Positions 61,501 through 64,000 of a DNA stretch of 64,000 nucleotides are shown in pieces (position 1 is the first letter of the stretch; every line of letters starts with the position of its first letter). A program made the position numbers and the translations under genes. Below the pieces are notes generated by a model. That model saw only the letters and a program-made list of their open reading frames with translations. It ran no database searches and was not told where the DNA came from. The DNA is from Ginglymostoma cirratum (lineage: Eukaryota), in the NCBI GenBank assembly GCA_024137785.1, contig JAHRHZ010000018.1:14661607-14725606 (forward strand). Reading direction: 5' to 3'.

Positions 61501-64000
61501 CTTTGGCAGCCGCAGGCAATGGACTAGGGCACCAGGTTTTGGAACCAATGAACTCCATTTTTCAGAGTCTACAGAGGCAAGGTTAGCTGCAGCATCAGCA
61601 AACTGCTGAATGTAAGTCATAGGAGGATCCTGCAGTAAGAGTTGTTCCTGACTATCTAATTCCATTTCTATTATCTGTGGAACGGTGAAACCTTCATCAT
61701 GTAAACTTTTATTCACAAGATTGTTCATTTGTGCAAAAACTTTATTTGCCTTTTCATCAGATTCTTTAATGCTATAAAGCAACAATAAAGGCAAGGTCCT
61801 TCTTACTGATGGTGAACTCAGTTCTGAGTTACTGCAGGATTCATTGTCCATTGTCACTTGTTCAGACACATTTTCACCTTGAGTCCTGCTTAAAGAGTCC
61901 AAAGATCTCCGTGACTGACTACTAATAGGAGAAGCAGCAGCAGATTTGTAAGATAGTAAAACTCCTGCTAATAAACATGGATAGGGAATGTTGTGCTGCT
62001 CAGCATGTTTTTCCTTAGTTTTTTCACTCTTATTGTTGACAATGGATGTGTTTCCACCCAATTCCTCCAGATCTTTAACTGTGTCCTCAATTACATTTGC
62101 CACTATTTCCCACTGACGCTTTTCAGGCTGCTGAAGAATACTCAATGTGGTTACATCTATGCTGACATCCATGTTGCACTCCTTCTGTGATGTATGCCCT
62201 AATAAAAATAAGATAAACATATTAGAATATTAAAATGAAAAGTTTGATGATTCAACACAACTGTGACTATTGCCCAGAGAACTATCACATTATTTCATTC
62301 TTCAAATCTGGTGTTAACATGATTTCTGAAGACTTCTGTTTCCCTATAGTAGAAATCGTGTAATTCCACTAATAGCAGCAGTTGACAACACATGTCCTAT
62401 TATTCCGTAAAATGTGCACCATGTCCCTTCACTGCCTCATCTTTCTGTGGCCAATAAAATTAATTCTGCATGTTCATAATGTAGGAAATGCAGCTGCAAA
62501 CTTTCACACAGCAAGTTCACACGAACAGCGACATGATAAATGATCAGATGATACGGATCAGAACATCCACGTCCTTCTTTGAACAGTGCTATGGAATCGG
62601 TTTTGTCCACCTGAGGGGGACCTTGAGCCCTGTACTGTCTCATCAAAAAGCTGGCACTGTCAGTACAGAGCATGCCTTCTTCAAGACTTCCCTTACTTAA
62701 AATAAAAGTGTCAGCCTGGAATTTGTGCCCAAGTCTGTGAAATAGGGCTCAAACACACACTCCAACTTTAGGATGAGTGCATTACTAATGGTCACTTCTG
62801 ACACCTTAGGTCATGGGATAAAGCTGGCTGTAGATTCTCAAATAACAAGGTGTAGAGCTGGATGAACACAGCAGGCNNNNNNNNNNNNNNNNNNNNNNNN
62901 NNNNNNNNNNNNNNNNNNNNNNNNNNNNNNNNNNNNNNNNNNNNNNNNNNNNNNNNNNNNNNNNNNNNNNNNNNNNNNNNNNNNNNNNNNNNNNNNNNNN
63001 NNNNNNNNNNNNNNNNNNNNNNNNNNNNNNNNNNNNNNNNNNNNNNNNNNNNNNNNNNNNNNNNNNNNNNNNNNNNNNNNNNNNNNNNNNNNNNNNNNNN
63101 NNNNNNNNNNNNNNNNNNNNNNNNNNNNNNNNNNNNNNNNNNNNNNNNNNNNNNNNNNNNNNNNNNNNNNNNNNNNNNNNNNNNNNNNNNNNNNNNNNNN
63201 NNNNNNNNNNNNNNNNNNNNNNNNNNNNNNNNNNNNNNNNNNNNNNNNNNNNNNNNNNNNNNNNNNNNNNNNNNNNGCCTGCTGTGTTCATCCAGCTCTA
63301 CACCTTGTTATCTCAGATTCTCCAGCATCTGCAGTTCCTACTATCTCTGTAGATTCTCAATGCGTGGAGTAAAACACATCAGCTTGGTCTCACTGATAAC
63401 CACAAAGTTTGATATGATCAAGAAAATTGTGACTGTTGCTTGGGTTTCTATTTTAGATCTGAGGTAATTAAAACTAACTTTATCATTACGAATGTTTATT
63501 TTCCTTCTACCCTAATTACATTCCCAGCTCCAGGCATCATAATTCTCGTGACATAGTACATAACATGGTTGCTTTCTAAACAATTAGCTCTGATGCTCTG
63601 AAATGAGCCAGCCAGCAAACAACATTGACATGTGCTTGACTATGCTGGATCAACATTAAGGAAGTACTAGTAAGGAGATGGCTGGAAAGTTCTCATTATG
63701 ATCATACCTGTTGCCGAATCTGTTCTGGAATGCTCTTCACTATCAGAATCTTCCAGTTGATCATCACTATATTAAAAAAAAAATTTTGATGAAGCATATG
63801 TAACATGACTTACAACATGAAATTTTCCAGCAGCTGGAAGATGTCAAACTGAAGCAATAATTTAGAAAACAAATTTAAATTTTCACTATAATTAGCTCAT
63901 TACCTGTCACCTTCTAATTTTGGTATATCAGAACAACTGGAAGAGTCTTCCAACCATGCCAGGGTTGGCCTCCGGGATTCACTACTTGGCCCATGTTCTA
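1326..64000 (-). CDS. BIRC6: BIRC6 (BRUCE/Apollon, giant IAP E2/E3 ubiquitin ligase): internal part of a multi-exon gene, 29 exons in window, partial at both ends
   Basis: Spliced translation gives recognisable BIRC6 peptides ([103 protein letters not shown]). All mapped junctions are GT-AG with matching phases; exon lengths sum to 6003 nt. Confidence 0.97.
2148..2377 (-). mobile_element. tRNA-derived SINE
   Basis: Minus strand begins gggagtcagttagctcagttggc (A-box-like) ... gtgggttcac (B-box-like) and ends ctatggcgattttaccttt; a related head lies on + at about 20092-20185. Confidence 0.7.
2491..2568 (+). mobile_element. Penelope-like element terminal fragment with minimal hammerhead ribozyme core
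   Basis: CTGAAGA-A-GGGTC-CT-GACCC-GAAAC-GTC at 2495-2522, then ctgctgtgttcatccagctc shared with the copies at 17.9, 43.3 and 62.8 kb. Confidence 0.75.
5037..5252 (-). CDS. BIRC6: BIRC6 exon (216 nt)
   Basis: [16 protein letters not shown]...[15 protein letters not shown], donor gtgagt. Confidence 0.93.
5600..6935 (+). mobile_element. Old L2-clade LINE fragment (RT region and 3' end)
   Basis: agcactgaaatagccctaaccaaagttac (STE.ALTKV motif), C-rich body, 3' tail gtgctatataaaatgcaacctgttg. Confidence 0.65.
7017..7148 (-). CDS. BIRC6: BIRC6 exon (132 nt)
   Basis: Not in ORF track. [44 protein letters not shown]. Confidence 0.92.
7838..7965 (-). CDS. BIRC6: BIRC6 exon (128 nt)
   Basis: Not in ORF track. 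[43 protein letters not shown]. Confidence 0.92.
8365..8502 (-). CDS. BIRC6: BIRC6 exon (138 nt)
   Basis: [28 protein letters not shown]...RERMLT. Confidence 0.93.
9028..9161 (-). CDS. BIRC6: BIRC6 exon (134 nt)
   Basis: Not in ORF track. [44 protein letters not shown]. Confidence 0.92.
9482..9701 (-). CDS. BIRC6: BIRC6 exon (220 nt)
   Basis: [37 protein letters not shown]...IFPQD(R). Confidence 0.94.
9930..10760 (-). mobile_element. CR1 LINE, 5'-truncated
   Basis: ORF 10008-10448 is the CR1 ORF2 C-terminus ([23 protein letters not shown]). Confidence 0.9.
11700..11880 (-). mobile_element. Degenerate SINE/LINE-tail repeat
   Basis: catgggatgtagacattgg...catttgttatccatccctaatt end shared with copies at about 12330, 31733, 50030 and 54600. 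Confidence 0.5.
12325..12670 (-). mobile_element. Degenerate SINE, same tail family as 11700-11880
   Basis: ttcatgggatgagggcatc...ctaactgccctt...ggcaaggacaacagatt; parallels 50025-50370. Confidence 0.55.
13311..13657 (-). CDS. BIRC6: BIRC6 exon (347 nt)
   Basis: [35 protein letters not shown]...LLSLLHSSS. Confidence 0.94.
14761..14969 (-). CDS. BIRC6: BIRC6 exon (209 nt)
   Basis: [31 protein letters not shown]...ALQEDIQC(R). Confidence 0.94.
15039..15190. mobile_element. Short fold-back Penelope-terminus-derived element
   Basis: Inverted arms gagagagaaacagttaac / gttaactgtttttctctc and gctggaaaaactcag / ctgtgtttctccaac; decayed CTGAAGA core on minus. Confidence 0.6.
15460..15566 (+). mobile_element. 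L2 fragment, left part, interrupted by CR1
   Basis: gctgaaaccctcacctaggcctctaacctctggattcaaccactgcaatgctctc, the L2 ORF2 C-terminal AETL.HA..SRLDY.N motif in degenerate form. Confidence 0.55.
15567..17483 (+). mobile_element. CR1 LINE, 5'-truncated, relatively young, frameshifted RT
   Basis: ORFs 15686-17386 contain [58 protein letters not shown]; tail gttcttaagttcttatgtt. Confidence 0.95.
17484..17916 (+). mobile_element. L2 fragment, right part and 3' end
   Basis: Continues the L2 C-terminus (ttaaatttaatattctc...cacggcctcatccc) to an L2-like tail. Confidence 0.5.
17917..18388 (-). mobile_element. 5'-truncated Penelope-like element with inverted termini and hammerhead core
   Basis: 57-bp inverted arms (17922-17978 and 18294-18350, 2 mismatches); interior closely matches about 43460-43770 of the GIY-YIG copy; possible 4-bp TSD cata. 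Confidence 0.85.
17983..18010 (-). ncRNA. Minimal type I hammerhead ribozyme motif (Penelope-associated)
   Basis: Minus strand reads CTGAAGA-A-GGGTC-AA-GGCCC-GAAAC-GTC: conserved core, stem II, palindromic ACGT stem III, GUC triplet; stem I is weak. Confidence 0.65.
18468..18682 (-). CDS. BIRC6: BIRC6 exon (215 nt)
   Basis: [35 protein letters not shown]...PPPVCRFMK. Confidence 0.94.
19449..19548 (-). CDS. BIRC6: BIRC6 exon (100 nt)
   Basis: Not in ORF track. [33 protein letters not shown]. Confidence 0.92.
20310..21590 (-). mobile_element. CR1 LINE, 5'-truncated, young
   Basis: ORFs 20379-21604: [45 protein letters not shown]; many CpGs retained. Confidence 0.95.
21740..21965 (+). mobile_element. 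Highly decayed CR1 3' fragment
   Basis: cagaaggggctgaatg...gaaacatataaaatcataagg resembles the RRLRGDL.ETYKI region. Confidence 0.45.
22448..22765 (-). CDS. BIRC6: BIRC6 exon (318 nt)
   Basis: [15 protein letters not shown]...[24 protein letters not shown]...NANKSKT. Confidence 0.93.
23108..23295 (-). CDS. BIRC6: BIRC6 exon (188 nt)
   Basis: [11 protein letters not shown]...[21 protein letters not shown]. Confidence 0.92.
23355..23475 (+). mobile_element. Decayed Penelope-terminus fragment
   Basis: gatgccagacctgctgaatttctccagcattgtgttt, shared with arms at 15.1, 27.6 and 37.9 kb. Confidence 0.5.
23640..26333 (+). mobile_element. CR1 LINE ORF2 (endonuclease remnant, RT, 3' tail), decayed, with a nested CR1 3' fragment at about 24285-24470
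   Basis: EHFGTSDHN (APE C-terminus), [29 protein letters not shown]; a second CR1 tail interrupts the ORF near 24290. Confidence 0.9.
26499..26633 (-). CDS. BIRC6: BIRC6 exon (135 nt)
   Basis: [45 protein letters not shown], donor A|gtaggt; different frame from the ORF track call. Confidence 0.9.
27572..27712. mobile_element. Short fold-back Penelope-terminus-derived element
   Basis: Arms 27572-27614 and 27652-27693 are imperfect reverse complements. Confidence 0.7.
27717..28294 (-). mobile_element. Putative solo LTR
   Basis: TGTA...TACA ends, minus-strand AATAAA near 27787, composition distinct from flanks; no TSD confirmed. Confidence 0.35.
28521..28846 (-). mobile_element. HE1-type V-SINE, near full length
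   Basis: Minus strand: gggcagcacggtggcacagtggttagcactgctgcctcacagcgccagg tRNA head, V-domain ccggtttcctcccacagtccaaaagatgtgcagg, CR1-like tail. Confidence 0.9.
29944..30077 (-). CDS. BIRC6: BIRC6 exon (134 nt)
   Basis: Not in ORF track. [44 protein letters not shown]. Confidence 0.92.
30170..30435. mobile_element. Decayed fold-back element of a second Penelope-like terminal family
   Basis: Minus-strand gtcctgattagtacaagatgaacagcttc and plus-strand gtcctcgttagtcaatgaggaaaagctt are inverted, decayed CTGAnGA...GAAA-like motifs. Confidence 0.4.
31720..32110 (-). mobile_element. LINE 3' end (L2/CR1 group)
   Basis: Same tail and body as 54585-55050. Confidence 0.55.
32128..32240 (-). mobile_element. 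Short tRNA-derived SINE
   Basis: Minus strand gggccctcttgtggcacggtggtagtg...gggttcaagtcccacc...tctgaacaagttgattt; related copies on + at 32935-33045 and 50640-50750. Confidence 0.7.
32540..32687 (-). CDS. BIRC6: BIRC6 exon (148 nt)
   Basis: [29 protein letters not shown]...EALLQT(R). Confidence 0.93.
32935..33045 (+). mobile_element. Short tRNA-derived SINE, decayed copy
   Basis: ttgtggcacaatg...ttcaagtcccacc...atctgaacaggttgatt. Confidence 0.6.
33530..34450 (-). mobile_element. Putative solo LTR / LTR-like repeat
   Basis: Starts TGTTAC (second start TGTGAC near 33594), minus-strand AATAAA near 33737, CCAAT-like gattgg boxes near 34256; right end not resolved. Confidence 0.35.
35274..35371 (-). 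CDS. BIRC6: BIRC6 exon (98 nt)
   Basis: [32 protein letters not shown]. Confidence 0.92.
35560..37120 (+). mobile_element. Old CR1 LINE (RT and 3' tail)
   Basis: [34 protein letters not shown]; tail gggctgaatgacctactcctgttcct. Confidence 0.85.
37233..37364 (-). CDS. BIRC6: BIRC6 exon (132 nt)
   Basis: Not in ORF track. [43 protein letters not shown], donor gtgaga. Confidence 0.9.
37905..37995 (+). mobile_element. Decayed Penelope-terminus fragment
   Basis: ttaactctgtttctgtctccacagatgctgccagacc. Confidence 0.5.
38683..38844 (-). CDS. BIRC6: BIRC6 exon (162 nt)
   Basis: [21 protein letters not shown]...[12 protein letters not shown]. Confidence 0.93.
39105..39282. mobile_element. Possible Tc1/mariner (Tigger-like) MITE remnant
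   Basis: Locally CpG-rich; right end gggggttctcaggaacggaaccctcgtggatatgg resembles Tigger-type terminal inverted repeats; atatccatg / cgtggatat are inverted. Confidence 0.35.
39829..39965 (-). CDS. BIRC6: BIRC6 exon (137 nt)
   Basis: EKPSTSK...[26 protein letters not shown](R); acceptor taccag|GAA, donor AG|gtagtt. Confidence 0.92.
40072..40253 (-). CDS. BIRC6: BIRC6 exon (182 nt)
   Basis: [14 protein letters not shown]...[13 protein letters not shown], donor gtacta; acceptor CAGCAG so the end could be 40256. Confidence 0.9.
41159..41290 (-). CDS. BIRC6: BIRC6 exon (132 nt)
   Basis: [44 protein letters not shown], donor gtaaga; acceptor is AAGAAG so the end could be 41293. Confidence 0.87.
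42018..42123 (+). mobile_element. HE1-type V-SINE 5' fragment
   Basis: gggcagcacggtggctcagtgattagcactgctgcctcac...ggttcaattc...gtttgcacgttct. Confidence 0.85.
42647..42769 (-). CDS. BIRC6: BIRC6 exon (123 nt; alternative internal acceptor gives 42647-42727)
   Basis: Not in ORF track. ttgcag|AG CCT..., [41 protein letters not shown], donor gttagc; phase 1-1 bridges the neighbouring exons. Confidence 0.85.
42790..42861 (-). mobile_element. Deu-domain SINE 3' tail, split from 46214-46560
   Basis: actttcatttatat...catcccaaagtatttttcagccaat L2-type tail that resumes at 46214. Confidence 0.6.
42862..46213 (+). mobile_element. CR1 LINE retaining ORF1 (SGNH esterase-like), internally deleted in ORF2, interrupted by a Penelope element
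   Basis: ORF1 motifs [23 protein letters not shown] and VIISGLL...[16 protein letters not shown]; the APE start jumps to [12 protein letters not shown] at about 45070; tail ctgtatgattctatgatt; caatt direct repeat at both ends. Confidence 0.88.
43316..44279 (-). mobile_element. Penelope-like retroelement, 5'-truncated, GIY-YIG endonuclease region plus terminal repeat
   Basis: ORF 43834-44067 [36 protein letters not shown]...[10 protein letters not shown]; 10-bp TSD gactaaaaag at 43306-43315 and 44280-44289; mutated hammerhead at 43417-43444. Confidence 0.92.
46214..46560 (-). mobile_element. Deu-domain SINE (SacSINE1-like), main body
   Basis: cacagcaagctcccac, gggataaatattg, cagatggggcctcagtt, cagcattccctca, gtgctcaagtctctggagtg; parallels 62430-62800. 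Confidence 0.65.
46819..46979 (-). CDS. BIRC6: BIRC6 exon (161 nt)
   Basis: [25 protein letters not shown]...APGLGKVN; acceptor aatag|C, donor G|gtaagg. Confidence 0.93.
48901..48924 (+). repeat. Poly-G run
   Basis: About 21 consecutive G. Confidence 0.9.
48960..49540 (-). mobile_element. Old L2 fragment
   Basis: Purine-rich + strand complementary in character to L2 ORF2 (ggccatggaagg...ttttaaatttga). Confidence 0.4.
49685..49910 (-). CDS. BIRC6: BIRC6 exon (226 nt)
   Basis: [10 protein letters not shown]...[10 protein letters not shown]; acceptor ttccag|GG, donor AG|gtacag. Confidence 0.93.
49972..50016 (+). repeat. (AGAC)/(AG) microsatellite
   Basis: cagacagacagacagagagagatagacagacag. 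Confidence 0.8.
50020..50370 (-). mobile_element. Degenerate SINE, same family as 12325-12670
   Basis: ttcatgagatgtggatgttg...catccctaactgcc...ggtaaggatagcacatttccttccct...gggatttgaaccc. Confidence 0.6.
50378..50460 (+). pseudogene. tRNA-Arg(TCG)-derived pseudogene or SINE head with a 16-nt anticodon-loop insertion
   Basis: aatggataaggcacctgactttgg...agaagattgcaagctcaattcctgc matches vertebrate tRNA-Arg-TCG arms with CpG decay; acceptor stem lost. Confidence 0.6.
50470..50632 (+). mobile_element. Deu-domain SINE 5' part
   Basis: gtggcttagtt...cagaaagttgtggtttaaagtccca...tgcactgacaaagg...ttttcagatgaaatgt. Confidence 0.55.
50640..50750 (+). mobile_element. Short tRNA-derived SINE
   Basis: Related to 32128-32240. 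Confidence 0.6.
51900..52112 (+). mobile_element. Decayed CR1 3' end
   Basis: tcttattgaatggc-like motif ...ctcctatttt tail as in the 17.4 and 37.1 kb copies. Confidence 0.6.
52668..52817 (-). CDS. BIRC6: BIRC6 exon (150 nt)
   Basis: [12 protein letters not shown]...SNPSSPGIT(G); acceptor caaaag|GT, donor G|gtgaga. Confidence 0.92.
53200..53748 (-). mobile_element. CR1 LINE 3' end
   Basis: gtcatacagcatggaaacagacccttc tail; body matches 9930-10470. Confidence 0.88.
54585..55050 (-). mobile_element. LINE 3' end (L2/CR1 group)
   Basis: ORF remnant [24 protein letters not shown]; tail ggatgtgggcattgctggc...catttattgtccatc. Confidence 0.65.
56883..56929. repeat. Perfect 20-bp inverted repeat with 7-nt spacer
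   Basis: acagattgtgccattgtgcc-ctgaaat-ggcacaatggcacaatctgt. Confidence 0.95.
56990..59350 (-). mobile_element. Old CR1 LINE ORF2, decayed
   Basis: [20 protein letters not shown]...[18 protein letters not shown]; tail gagcaggccatgaggctcttcaaggctgctccaccattcaata. Confidence 0.85.
59699..60441 (+). mobile_element. Putative decayed solo LTR
   Basis: Ends ttatgacc...gatcataa are inverted, like TGTTATGA...TCATAACA LTR termini with the terminal dinucleotides mutated; no TSD confirmed. Confidence 0.35.
60801..62198 (-). CDS. BIRC6: BIRC6 large exon (1398 nt), N-terminal beta-propeller region
   Basis: Inside the 489-aa ORF, GHTSQKE...[13 protein letters not shown]; acceptor ttattag|GG, donor G|gtaaga. 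Confidence 0.95.
62430..62800 (-). mobile_element. Deu-domain SINE, decayed
   Basis: aatgtaggaaatgcagc...cacagcaagttc...tccacctgag...gtgtcagcctggaatttgtgcccaagtc. Confidence 0.6.
62842..63346. mobile_element. Penelope-like element with inverted termini spanning an assembly gap
   Basis: ataacaaggtgtagagctggatgaacacagcaggc-N400-gcctgctgtgttcatccagctctacaccttgttat; 14-bp TSD ctgtagattctcaa at 62828-62841 and 63347-63360. Confidence 0.85.
62877..63276. other. Assembly gap (400 N)
   Basis: Run of n characters. Confidence 1.
63708..63766 (-). CDS. BIRC6: BIRC6 exon (59 nt)
   Basis: tatag|T GAT GAT CAA..., [19 protein letters not shown](G), donor gtatga. Confidence 0.92.
63904..64000 (-). CDS. 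BIRC6: BIRC6 exon, truncated by window edge
   Basis: [31 protein letters not shown](S); donor AG|GTA, phase 2. Confidence 0.92.

Noticed and set aside
62806-63467. ORFs of 161 and 201 aa
   Set aside because: They are mostly X read through the N gap; the matching ends only reflect the inverted repeat.
1-64000. CRISPR array, rRNA or operon structure
   Set aside because: There are no regularly spaced repeats and no rRNA-like sequence; the window is a vertebrate intron-exon locus.

Overview
This is eukaryotic DNA, not prokaryotic. The repeat content (HE1-type V-SINE, Deu-domain SINEs, CR1 and L2 LINEs, Penelope-like elements) points to a cartilaginous fish, probably a shark; this is an inference. 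The whole window lies inside one minus-strand gene, BIRC6 (BRUCE/Apollon). I traced 29 consecutive coding exons by hand, from 64000 down to 1326. All mapped splice sites are GT-AG with compatible phases, giving about 6.0 kb of CDS (about 2000 codons) with no frameshift. The gene runs off both ends of the window. Most ORFs in the supplied track are spurious or LINE fragments, and the introns are dense with retroelements. Most noteworthy: (1) a Penelope-like element family with a GIY-YIG endonuclease and minimal hammerhead-ribozyme cores, including short fold-back copies, one with an intact core in the sense orientation of the BIRC6 pre-mRNA; (2) a candidate in-frame 21-nt micro-exon (FTAPPSK); (3) a perfect 20-bp intronic hairpin; (4) a three-level nested insertion (Penelope in CR1 in Deu-SINE) with both target-site duplications readable; (5) a tRNA-Arg(TCG)-derived sequence with an intron-like insertion. 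I ran no searches, so family names come from recognition and repeat boundaries are approximate.
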